From positions 1-48,337 of the forward strand of contig JAHBMJ010000407.1 of the NCBI GenBank assembly GCA_018398765.1: DNA of 48,337 nucleotides. Reading direction: 5' to 3'. Positions 11,301-23,262 of the stretch are shown here, in pieces. The notes under the pieces were generated by a model. That model was not told where the DNA came from. It made no database searches and saw nothing but the letters and a program-made list of their open reading frames with translations. The stretch is from Chromera velia. Taxonomy: Eukaryota. The position numbers were made by a program, and so were the translations under genes. Numbering within the stretch: the stretch's first letter is position 1; every line of letters begins with the position of its first letter.

Positions 11301-14300
11301 GGACTCAAGTTGACCTGCATGCAGAAAGAATGAATGAAAGAATGATTCAAGAATAGAAATCGCAAAGGACCTGAAGAATTAGACAGGTAACAAAGTGGGT
11401 GCTTTTCTGACTGCCTGGAGTCTTTTCCATTCAAGTGCATACGAAATACGAGTTCAGGAAATTGCGAGAGAGAAGAGACAGCTTGCAAGGGCAGGATCTG
11501 GTGATTCGATTGAGCATAGCTTTTCAGTCCAAGAAATCTGGCGGGGAGCGGAAAGGGCAGAAGGCTTTTTGGAGGGAGAAAGAGGAAACAAGAGACGAGA
11601 ACAAAACAAGTGGGAAGAAAGGCGTGGACACATGGGTAAACAGGTACTCATGCAGATTGATTCCATCCATCCATGCGTAATCTTCGCACATCTCGGATGT
11701 TTTCTCAGTAAACAAGCAAATCCATATGCACACACAGTGAATGCAGAAATCAGTTGAATGCCTGCCTGCCTGACCTCCAGGAGCCAAGGCTTGAGCTTGC
11801 TGTCGAGCAGGATGTCGAAGCCGAAGAGTTCGAAGCAGCAGTTGCTGCAAGAAGAGAGAGGGTGGAAGAGACTGTTCGACACAGCACTTTGAGAAACCAA
11901 GCGAGAGCGAGGCAGAGTGCGTGTCTCTCTTTGTTGTTCTTTTTGCTTCGCAAACAGACTTTTGGCCTTTTCTGTATGCCTTCGATTTCGATTTCCGTTT
12001 TTCTTCGAGAGTTTCGATCAAGCTTGGGAAGGAACGGGGGGTGAAGGACAGACACTTCGAAAAAAAGCAAGACGAAGAAAAAGGAAAGAAGAGAAGCAGG
12101 ACGGAAGCCAAGAAAGAAAGAAAGAAAGAAAGAAAGAAACCAAACAAGAGAAAAGCTGTTGGAGAATCTCAACGAGAGAGAAGAAATTAATTCCTTCTAA
12201 TCCATTCGCCCAACTCACTTGTAGGCACACAGCTCGTCGGTTCTCTGTTTGATGATGTGATCAACAGAAAAAAGAGACAGATTGATCAAATTCAAAATTC
12301 GCCCCCAGAGTGCCTCAACCTGCACAGTCACCCATACAGACCAGAAAGAAGAAAGGAAAGAGAAAACGAGGACATGTCGATCCATCGATGTTTTTTCACC
12401 AGCAGAAGAAGAGAAATGTAGTAGCACATCGGTCAGAGAGGCAAACACAAAGAAAGCAGTTTGATGCTCTCACTCACTTCCTGATCGACTGATGGGTGGA
12501 TTCAGAATCACAATAGACACCCGGCCTCTTTTTTAGAAAGCTTTAGTTTTTTTTCTTCGTGCCGCCATGCGCATGCAGCAACGGTCGTTCAATCGATCTG
12601 GTTGGCAGGCTGCACGTATGCATGAGTTCACGTGAGGTTGGAATGATGATCGACTTACGTCTTCCCCCTGCTCCTTCAAGTACACGTTCAGAGTTCCCAG
12701 AGACCATTTGTGCTCTGTCGGGTCGTACCCCTCTGCAACATGGACGTAAATTCATACTATAAATGCAACACTGCAACACGCTGACATCCCTTTGTAGGGG
12801 GGGAAGGAAAGGAAAAGAGGAGACACAGAGGAAGTAAACAAGGGAGAAAATGAGTGAGCGGACTACGCTGTATGTATGAGAGGTTAAGTTGAGGTCGAGC
12901 TTCTCGGAAACAAAGGAGAATCAGCTGCGGAACCTCTCGATCTCACCTTTGAAGGAACACACACTCCATTCAGCATGGTGGGATCTAGCGATCGAGGTTC
13001 CTTCCTTCCTGTCTCTCTCCTTCTTTCCAGACGGCCCACTCGGCCAGTCGATCAGCCAACAATCCAAAGAGAACAAGGGGTTCGCCAAAGCATCGGGTTG
13101 ATTCGTTCAAACTAGGGCAGAAAAATCGACCTGTGGTCCCCTCTGTGTAATATGCACTCACACCTCCACTTACCCACTGACCTGCGTTCTTATTGATCGA
13201 GTAGTTGGTCAGGTGTTTTATTTGGTTCTCAAGGTCCGCAGCATCGAACGGAGCACTGGCAAATCGGACGAGTCCTGCAGAGCAGAGCAGAGCAGAGCAG
13301 AGCGTGGTGGCAGAAAAAAGAAGAGGGCAGCGAGAGTTGTGTTCTTCTTCAGGTAGGTCGGGAAGGAGGGATGGAGGGAGGGACGAAAGGGGAGATGCAT
13401 GGGAAGCAGAATCCAACCCTCTGGGACAATTTTTTCTTCTGACAGACACAAAACCACAAGTAAGTCCCAACCCTGGATAAAAACAGACAGAGACGTATGT
13501 TCCAGACACACAAAAGAGAGACAGAGCCAGACAGAAAGAGGCGAAGACAGGAAGAGGGAAACCTAAAAAGACAGCAAGAGAGAAAAGTGAGACTGTCCCT
13601 CGATCAAGGGAGCCAACCGACGGACCGACAGACTGACTGACCATCCTTGAACACATACACGCTCAGAGGCGAGAAGGACGTGACGAGGACGTACAGTCTG
13701 AGGTCAAACTTCAGCCCGTTGATCAGATAGGGGTCTGGGATGTACCGTTGAACGATACATCTCTCCTCCGGGCTGGGGACTGCCTGGAATCTCCGACGAG
13801 CATCCAGGATGGTGATGCCCCTCCCTCTGCAAGAAGGAATTTAAATCCATGCGTTGGTGCCTGATATGTGTGCATCTGTATGCTCGAAACGCATTTGATG
13901 TTTCATCTCTGAAGTTGAATCCAAACCGTTGATTTCTCTGCGCCAGCATCAAAGTCAGTATGAGGGGGAAAGGGCCAAGTCTACGGAGACATGACTGGGT
14001 CGACGATCGATCGATCGGTCGGTCGGAAAGAAAAACAGTCAAGAGCGCAAAGACGGCAAGCAAGGAAAAATAAGGACGACTGGTCGATCAAGACTGAAGA
14101 GAAATGCTGAGAAACGGGCGAAAAGAACGAACGTCGACATCAAAGAGGCATCCTAAAATGGAGTCTGATAAATCCCGTACACGGACCGAGAGCTAGCACA
14201 TGGCTTGGCGATCCACAGGCTCCCAGAGGAGGATTCCGAGCTGAAATTGTGGTAGGCTTTCTTGAACGCCGAGTACTGTTCGGGAAGGATGAAGGTCTCT

Positions 14301-15179
14301 GGGATGATGTCCACGTTGGCCTTGCCGTACATTCTCTGGAGGGCTGTCAGGTTGGCACAGAGGCGGTCCTTTCTCGTGAGTTCGGACGAGCCAGGAAAAT
14401 GATTCACTCTGCATTTATCATGCATGTGGTTGTTTAATCACAGCACACACGCAGGCAGACGCGGATATAGAAAAGGAGAGGGCAGCCTGTCATGACATCC
14501 TGGCGTGTAGACGGGATGTTGTCAAAGCATATATATGCATTGGGAGTCTTCTCTCTTTGTTTGTGAATACGCTGTGGCGCGGTATTACCATCTCTCTACA
14601 CACAAACATCTTCAATTACCTGTCTTTTAGAACATGCGCAGATGTTCCTTGATATGACTGATCCGTCTGTCTGACTGTTTGGCAGTCTGGATACGTGTAC
14701 GCATGTCTGTTTGTATTAATGTGTATACGCATATATATGCATATGTATGGGACTGACTTTTGAAACATGTGCAATCGCTTGTAGACGTGATCCTGCACAG
14801 GGGAACCAGACCAGTACAGAGCCCATTGGTGCCCGCAGGTTCTCTCAAAACCTCTTTTCTGCAGGAGATCTACCACCGTTGTGCACTGAGTGTTCTCCAC
14901 CTTGAACATCAGTTTGAGAAATGTTTCGTCGTCTGACTGTGTTCTACGACTGCTGCTGCTGCTACTGCTGCTCGAAGACACGTTGGCGGTTTCCTTCTTT
15001 TGTCCATCCTCAGCATGAAGGCGGTAGAATGCTGTGGACGGTCGGTCGGTTGTGTCCAGGGTAAGCAATGCTTCCTGGTAGTCGTTCTGATTTGCATGTC
15101 CAGGGTAGTTTTTGTTCCTTGCAAGATCTTCTGCCGTACATCTGGCGAAGGTTTCTCTGACTCTGTTCGCCAACTCCAT
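8384..15179 (-). CDS. Tubulin-tyrosine ligase-like protein (TTLL4/TTLL5-like tubulin glutamylase), ~1254 aa; exons 14758-15179, 14187-14408, 13642-13826, 13182-13274, 12659-12732, 12219-12319, 11775-11844, 10208-11314, 8384-9874
   Basis: Nine GT-AG exons total 3765 nt in phase. TTL motifs: [103 protein letters not shown]. Long P/Q/H-rich C-terminal tail. The start codon and last two exons are less certain. Confidence 0.92.
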
Positions 15180-15960
15180 GCTTTGAAGAGGGCAAGAACA
15201 GAGAGGTCGCTGCGAAAGAAGCTTGAGTTTTGATCTCGACCCTGAAGCTTTTATGGATCGATTGATGGATGTGTAGATTTGGGACAATTAAGCAAAGCTC
15301 GATCGGCCAATCAAACAACACGCGAGCTTATATCAAATACGAGGAATGGTCCGAATGGTTGACCATCAAAGGAAGGCTCAAAGACTGCGAACGATCCGAA
15401 ACACCTGGCAACCGTTCAGATGGCTTGGTGAGGACCGCTACGATGACAGGTATATATATAGTGCAATGGACTTGCTTGTTCAATAGCTCATGCAGTGGTC
15501 AAAAGTGATTATATCAAATATAATAACTTAATTATTAAAATATATTCGTATATATATATATATATATATACGTACGTATCGATATAGAATAATTAATATT
15601 ATATACGCGCATTTATGAAAACCAGTTTGTTCGCGCGCATTCGCGCGCGCGGGAAGGGCGAGAAAGAAGTTTGTGCGTCCTCAGAGAGGGCAGCTCGCAC
15701 TTCGTCAGAGAAAATCAAGCATAACTTAATATTATCCCGGGACCGTAATTCAATTGTATCTATGTTTGTCAGTAGTAGAAATGGTTTTGAAGTTTGAAGT
15801 GCAAGGCAAGAAATTTATGTGTCGTAATGAGATGTGTTATTGTATGTATGCGTGTATGGTGTGGAGTAATGTGCATAAATATATGGTGTAACGCGGACAT
15901 CAGATAACTGGCACGCAGGTCTAAGGCTCCGGCCCCGAACACAATATAATCCTGTAATCC

Positions 15961-16238
15961 TATAGGCCAGACATGAGCAGTGGGCAGGCGACGGGCTCAA
16001 GGCGTGGCGGCGTGGCGGCGCGGCGGCGCTATGAGTGACGGCCTGTATAATTCTGACGTGGCCTGACGTCGGAATTGATCAGTCTGCCTGCATGCACGCT
16101 TGATTGATGTGGTAGCATCTGACTAATAAATTAACAGGACAACTCTCCTAGATCAGACTTTCTACGACACTTATAACTACTGAACTCGAATGTCCATCTT
16201 AGCTATTAGAGTTCAGAGAGCCCCGAATATAGCTAATA
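15961..16238 (+). repeat. 5' LTR
   Basis: Colinear with the split 3' LTR at ~95% identity. Termini are TA...TA where the 3' copy has TG...CA. Confidence 0.93.
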
Positions 16239-16240
16239 AT

Positions 16241-16265
16241 TGGTTACTAGGGCCAGGTTCCGAAC
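16241..16265 (+). promoter_or_regulatory. Putative primer-binding site
   Basis: TGGTTACTAGGGCCAGGTTCCGAAC lies 2 nt after the LTR; its reverse complement resembles a tRNA T-arm/acceptor/CCA end. Confidence 0.55.
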
Positions 16266-16306
16266 AGGTTTTGATTCTCTCAGTGTCTTCAGATTGAGTT
16301 TTCTCA

Positions 16307-17319
16307 ATAGAACCCGTTCCCGTTCCATTGACTTCTGAGTAGGTCGAAAATGCCTTGCAAAACCTTTAGCAGGGCTTCACGACACTGCAGCAAGGCTTTG
16401 CAGCTTTGCAGGAGAGTAACCAGCAGATCCAGTAGATTCTTTCAGGTGTGGTCGCAGCTTAATCTATCGCTGCTCCACAGCCTGTCTTTCCAGCTGAAGG
16501 TGCACTTCCTCTTGCTGCACCTCAGGGCCCTAAAGTTGAAGAATGCAAGCAGGTGCTTCGCATCACTCTGGTGAAGCTGGAGACGTTTACTGGACGCCGT
16601 AACCAAACGGAGAGGTTCATCACGGACACTGATAACTACTTTATCAACGCTCAAGTCCCTCATCATCGTCAACTGGGAATCGCTAAGACTTTTCTGTCTG
16701 CAGCCTTGAAGAACTGGTTTGACTTGAGGGTGAAGCGTGGACAGGGTTTTGCGGACTGGCCAGCACTGCATGAAGTGCTGAGAGGGAGGTACAAGGAAAA
16801 GCATGAGCGGAGGAAGGCGAGGAGGAAGGTTCTCACCCTCATATACAAAGGTCCGTCACTGACTACAACGAGGATTTCTCTACACTTGCTCTGAAGATCC
16901 TAGGAGCCAATGAGTTGGATTTGGTTGATGATTACATTGAGGGATTGCCTCCTGTCATCAGATACGAGACGGACCGAGTAGAACCCATCACTTTGGAGGA
17001 AGTGATGGAGAAGGCCCTTGACAATGAGCTCTGGCTACAGGATGTCAGCTCTCATAAGGGCCAGTGGGGGCGGAGAAACATGCCCACGCCTATAGCATTG
17101 GAGCCGATCAACCCGATAGGACCGGTGCCAATGGAATTGTGTGGGTTTGGTGCTCCTCGGAGGCCTACGGGGTTGCCACCACATCACCCCGCGATTTCGC
17201 AGGCAGTGTGGGACAACAGACGGAGACTGCATCATTGTTTGCTGTGTGAAGAACTGGACTATCAGGTCAGCCAGTGCGGCAACGGACCCCAGTTGCCCCC
17301 ACACATACAAACCATCTGA
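16307..17319 (+). pseudogene. gag: Gypsy gag (degenerate)
   Basis: Inferred start ATA (from ATG) at 16307 is in frame with ORF 16553. Motifs KLETFTGR, AALKNWF, LVDDYIEGLPP and a decayed zinc knuckle CLLCEELDYQVSQC. Four early in-frame stops and one frameshift. Confidence 0.82.
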
Positions 17320-17436
17320 ACGTCCCAGACCAGATCTTTCCAGTCCCTCCGGCAGCCTCCGGGTTACCCCTGGCAAGCATCAACCCCCTACCCATCTCCG
17401 CATCCTTTCGCCAGTCAGGGGGCCCAGTCGTCGGGA

Positions 17437-20400
17437 GTGGGAGGCAGGTCTGGTCGGCGAGGTGACAGTCTGGGGTCACCAATGTCGCCTGGAAGGAGAG
17501 GTGAGGGACGTGCACAGTCTCCATCGTTCGGTGGATTTCTTCAGCCTCGGAGGCGTAGATTACCAGCGCGCATAACTGGATCCAAACGGATAGCCGGGGT
17601 GAGGACGATTAGATACCAAAGCCCAAATGACGACATCGTGGTCGAAGGAGACCAAGAGGTACGTAGTGTAGTTGAGGAGGGAGATAGACAAAAGAGACAG
17701 AATAGATGGAATGAGATAGATGAGGATGATGAGGATTCGTTTGAGACTGGTTTTGTCTATCATGGCATGGTCGTGGGTGCTCCAGTCAGAGTCTTATATG
17801 ACATTGGAGCTGATAATATTTTCATCGATAGCAAGTTTGCACACCATCGGCAGTTGCATGTTTGCAAGTTTGGTACTCCTCTTAACTGCCGGATCGCTGT
17901 GAAGGAGCCGAGGAAACGAAAGGTCAGTGAGTATGCATCTGCTGTGCCCCTCCAAATTCAGAAGTATCAGGAGACAGTCGGTGCATTGCTTGCTGATCTG
18001 GATGGCTACGACATTATCCTTGGACGGAAATGGAGTGATATCTATCAACCTGAAATCAGCCACTCGTCTCGTTCTCTTCGCTTCTTCTTTAACGGTAAGG
18101 AAGTGAATCTCCGGGGGGGTACGTGTGTAGAAAATAGACCTTGCCCTCCCATTATGTCACATTTGCATGCAGGCCAAGCAAGCGATCAAGAGAGGTACCG
18201 TCTGTTATCTCGTGCGATTGGAGACGGCACGCCGGCCTGCCTGCGACGTCTGTATGACTGAAGTGAGTAAGGGAAAGGGAAAGGGGAGAATGAATGATGG
18301 GGGGATTTTGGGTTCTGATTTTCTATCTTCTCTTCCGTCTGATCATCCTACTCAGTCGGCCTTTGACTTGTCAGATGTGCGTGAATTTCTCTCTCGACCG
18401 AATGTTGAGGTTGCACTTGATGTAAAAGAAATTGTAGCTGATTATGCGACTCTCTTTCCCGATCGATTGAAAGAGTTGCCTCCCTCAAGCTAGGGGACCT
18501 GATTTGGATTTCAAAATTGAGCTTGAGCCAGGTCATTCTCCTCCCGCCCCCCCGCCTTATCGTTTGTCAATCGGAGAGTTAGATAAACTGAGAAGGCAGA
18601 TAGATGCATATCTTTAGCAAGGATTCATCCGTCCGTCAGCGTCTTCATATGCTGCTCCGATCTTTTTTGTCCAGAAAAAAGATGGCACCATGCGTATGTG
18701 CTGTGACTATACTGGACTGAATAAAATAACGATCAAAGATAAATATTCTCTCCCTCACCCTCAGGAATTGATTGATCGTCTGCATGGGGCACGCTTTTTC
18801 ACGACGCTGCATTTATGTCAGTATTACCATCAGATGAGAATGAGGGAGGAGGATATCCCGAAGATAGCTTTCATGACTCGTTATGGTTCCTTTGAGTGGC
18901 TGGTCGTCTCTTTTGGGTTGACAAACACGCCACCGCAGAGAATGAAAGTGATTCAGTATGTTTTTCATTCATGCCTTGATCGTTTTGTGTCTATCTTTCT
19001 TGATAACATTCTCATCTATTCATGTACTAGAGAGGAACACAAAAAACATATACGGATTATGTTGGGGTTGCTCGGTAAGAATAGTATGAAGGCAAAGCTC
19101 TCTAAATGTCATTTCATGCAGACTGAAGTCGTTTTTCTGGGACTGAAGATTTCGCGGACGGGGGTGCATCCAGAGAGGAGTAAGACTAAACAAGTCAGTA
19201 AGTGGCCCACCCCCAAGAGCAAGAACGATGTGCTTTCTTTCCTTGGTTTTGTAAATTGGGTGAGACGTTTTGTGCCTCGCTTCAGCAAAAAGGCAGGTTC
19301 TCTGTATGCATTGCTGAGGGGAGATAAATCGTTTGAGTGGGGAAAGAAAGAAGAAGAAAGCTTTGAGGCAGTAAAGAAAGCAGTGAGGAATACAGTAGAG
19401 CTGTACATCCTTGATTCTGCACGTCCATTTGAAATCTTTGTGGATGCGTATGAATCGACAGAGATGCTTGCTGCCGCACTCATACAAAAAGATCTTAAGA
19501 TTGGATGGCTCCGTCTGTGTGCATTTGCTTTACGCAGAATGTCACGGGCAGAATTGAAGTATCCCATCAGAGACAAAGAATTTCTTACATATGTGTTTGC
19601 TGTGAAATCGTGGAGACCATATGTCAGTCATACAACCAAGGTGTGGTCCGATCATAAATCTCTCAAGTATATCAATGTGTCTGCTGACCGCACCCTGATG
19701 TCTCCACGTATGCGCAGATTCGTTTCGATGTTCGACAAGTTGGGGATCACTCCCAGGTATGTGCCCGGTGTAAGAAACAGAGTGGCAGATACACTGAGCA
19801 GACACCCGGCGGTGACCACCCATGAGTCAACAGAAGAAGAGAAAGAAAGAAAAGAAATCTGCCAGTTCTTGTTGCTAGAATCAAGAGTGCAGCCGGATGA
19901 GGAGTTGTTAGAGAGGATAAGGAAAGGCTATGAAGAAGAGAAGTTCTGGACAGAAGTGAAGGAAGTGATGGAGAACCCTGATAGAGAGGTGCCTCGACAC
20001 TTGCGGCTGATTGTCCCTTATTTTCAGATAGAGGATGGATTGTTTTATTTCAACAATCGGCTGGCTGTCCCTACAGAGAGACTACAAAGGAATATGAGCA
20101 TCACGACACGGCTGCAGGGGGTCACTTGGGGGCAGAGAAGACATATTTGAAATTGGCAGGAAGTTTCTACTGGCCTCATATGTATGTTTCTGTCCAGCAG
20201 TATGTCAGAAAGTGCGATGCATGTCAGAGAGCAAAGAGGCCGACTGAGAAACCATATGGATTACTCCAACCTCTCTCTATCCCGGAATTTTCTTTTCAGT
20301 CAATCTCTTTAGATTTTGTGTTTGGTTTACCGAGGGTGATGTTCAAAGGAGAATGGGTTGATAGAATTCTCTCTGTGATTGACCGTCTATCAAAAAACCC

Positions 20401-21484
20401 TACCTTCACTGCAGTCTCCTCGGAAATCACCGCCGAGAGAACTGCAGAGGTGGTCTACGAGCGAGTCGTGTGTGAGCACGGAATGCCACAGTCAGTCGTG
20501 AGTGATCATGATCCTCGTTTTTTGTCGGCATTCTGGAAGGAATTGGCTCGTTTATGGGGAACGAAGCTGAATATGAGCACAAGAGGACACCCACAGTTAG
20601 ACGGATAGAAAGAGAAAGACAATCAGACAATTGAACAGATGTTGCGTTGTTTTGTGAAAGAGCATCAGACAGACTGGCCGAGGTGGTTGTGTTCATGTCA
20701 ATTTGCATATCATAATTCTGTGTATCCAGCCACAGGCATGTCTCCTTTTTCTTTCTTATACGGCTGTGACCCCATCCGTTTGCCTTCAGTCTCCGTGCGC
20801 TCGAAGTCATTCTGTCCGCCAGCAGCAGATTTTGCAGACCGCAGAGAGGCAGAAATCATGAAAGCAAAGGAGAAACTTGAACGAGCAAGAGAGCAAGCAG
20901 CTCGTTAAGTAGACCTACATAGAAAAGAAGTCTCATTTGCTCCAGGGGATTTCTTGCTTGTGCGCAATGCATACTTTAAGGGAAGTAAGAAGCTAAGCGG
21001 GAAGCTTGAGCTTGTATTTTATGGACCGTTTGAGGTAGAAGAGAAAATAGGGAGCAATGCGTATAAGCTGATTTTCCCTATAGGGGTAAGGGGCCACAAT
21101 GTCATCAATGTTTCTTTCCTCAAGAAGTACGAGAGAGAAAAGGATGACCCTCCTCCTGCCATCAGATTGCCTGCATCAGAAGAGGTCGAGTACGAAATGA
21201 AAGAGATTCTCAATCACAGAAAGATAGATAAGCAGGCACACTTTCTGGTATGATGGGAAGGAGAGAGTAAAGAAAATGCATTCTGGGAGCCTACCGTAAA
21301 TCTGACACACGCCAAAGAAGCACTACACACATTCAAAGAAAAGAAAAGGCAAGAAAAGAAAGAAGCAACGGGCAGGTGTAGGATGGAGTTGAGGAACAGA
21401 GAGGTGAAGTCAGTGTGGGCAGAAGTGATAGGCCTGTGGAGTGGTATGCGTGCTTGTGAGTGTAGGATGGATGAAGGAGATTAG
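17437..21484 (+). pseudogene. pol: Gypsy pol: protease, reverse transcriptase, RNase H, integrase, chromodomain (degenerate)
   Basis: PR VLYDIGADNIFI; RT MRMCCDYTGLNKITIKDKY and IFLDNILIYS; RH FVDA..YPIRDKE..SDHKSL..NRVADTLSR; IN HHD..GGHLG..CDACQ, ISLDFV, VSDHDPRF; chromodomain EYEMKEILNHR..FLV*WEG..FWEP. Stops and frameshifts are present. Confidence 0.93.
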
Positions 21485-21665
21485 GTAAATGAATTGTGTA
21501 TGACATTATCCTGCGATCTTGCATGTGTGTGTATACAGTTTAATGTACTTATCCATGCAGAATGAGGTGTGTGATGAGCGATGGTTCGAGGGGGCTGTAG
21601 GAGAGGGAACCTATAGAAAAAGAGCAGAAGCCAAGCGAGGTCGTCGGCTCTGAGCAGCGGGCAGG

Positions 21666-21842
21666 TGTAGGCCGGACATGAGCAGAGGGCAGGCGACGGG
21701 CTCAAGGCGTGGCAGCGTGGCGGCGCAGTGGTGCTATGAGTGACGGCCTGTATAATTTTGACGTGGCCTGACATCGGAATTGATCAGTTTGCCTGCATGC
21801 ACGCTTGATTGATGTGGTAGCATCTGACTGATAAATTAACAG
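21666..21842 (+). repeat. 3' LTR, left part
   Basis: Matches 15961-16137, begins with TG, and is preceded by the purine-rich tract 21652-21665. Confidence 0.92.
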
Positions 21843-23228
21843 TAAGGCTAAAAAAAGGTACATAAAGTGCTGGTACTGGTGCAAAAACAAGTTTGCACCT
21901 TAAATCAGGTGCAAAACAGGTGCAAAATAAGGTGCACCGTTTACCATATGACAGCTACGTTTCTACGGTTGATTTTTAGTGTTTCTAGCGGCCAAAAGGC
22001 ACCTCATTCAGCACCTAAAAGCTTTCTATGATGCAGCATAGCTACACAAACTTTTACTGTGCAAAACCACATAAAATGTCACTAGAAATGATGATGATGA
22101 TGTATGGGGTTAAAGCCGGTGAACCATATAGACTTTGGCTAACCTAGAGCCTCTGAGCGTCATACATAGAGTTAAACTTTCGACTTAGGCCCCACTGGGG
22201 TAAATTGAATCGGTGGGAGCCTGACAGGGATGGGGCTCCACCTCTAAGCAAACAGGCTTTTGCTTCATCTGGTAGTTCTCTTACAGGCTGAGTTACAACA
22301 CGCTCTCTATCCCACCCTTGAGACGATCGAGGACTGGCTGCATTTCGCCCGGAAGAGGGTCCCCATGACCGATCAAAACGCCAGATTTACGGCCAGAACA
22401 GCACTGGCACGCCCAAGCGGAGGAGGAAACGAGAAGGAAAGGGAAAAAACAAATAACTCAGGGGGAACAGAAAGGACGGAGACAGACTCCTCTGTTTCTG
22501 TGTCTTTTTTTTCCCCCAAGGGTCATGGGCCAGTGAGATTCCTTCTGTCACTTCGTGTCAGTTAGAGGTCTGTCAGATGACCTCTAAAGAAAATCACCCG
22601 AGGTGGAACGGGAGGAGACAGAAAGAGAAAAAGATCAGAACTTCCAATCTCCTTTGATTCCCTATCTTTTCTGCCGAAGACGTACAAGCAAAGGTTTCTC
22701 TCTTAGTTCAGTTCCTGCAGTTCGGTCAGTTCAGTCAGTTCAGTTGGTTCGGTCGGTTCATCCCTGAGGCACGACTTATTTTCCAGGGGAGTGAAATTGC
22801 GAGTAATAAGCATGATAAAGAAATTTAAAAAGGGGAGAAAAAGAGAGAAGAACGGAGAAGCTGCACGTAGCATACACCCCGCTTGCAGACCCGCTTGTGA
22901 ACCGCACGAGCATGAGTGCCCCGCGCGCCCCCCCATACCCGTGCAGGCTTGAGCCCGTCACCTCCCACCGCCTCCCGCACTCACGCGAGGGATGCCATCC
23001 GAGCCCCGTACCCTGGGCCTCATGGGGTCGTCCGTCTCGCGTTTCCCCCCCATATGCTTTTCGCTTACCCCCCAATTGATTCCGTTCCGCCCTTCTTTGT
23101 TCCTCAATCAATCAATCAATCGGATGAAACACACTCGGACAGACATAATGAAATATTCCCCTCAAAAACAAGTACGGTCGTCAAGAATGAACAACGACGG
23201 GGAAAAAGTGAGAAGAAGTGAGGGAAAA

Positions 23229-23262
<34 letters not shown>

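Noticed and set aside
12947..13130. Possible extra TTLL exon
   Set aside because: Direct splicing from 13182 to 12732 is in phase and gives the expected NKNAEGYD..HKWSL; the alternative includes a stop or breaks phase.
16307..16460. TAA/TAG=Gln alternative genetic code
   Set aside because: The host gene models contain no internal TAA/TAG, and the TEs also carry TGA stops and parallel C>T changes in non-coding repeats.
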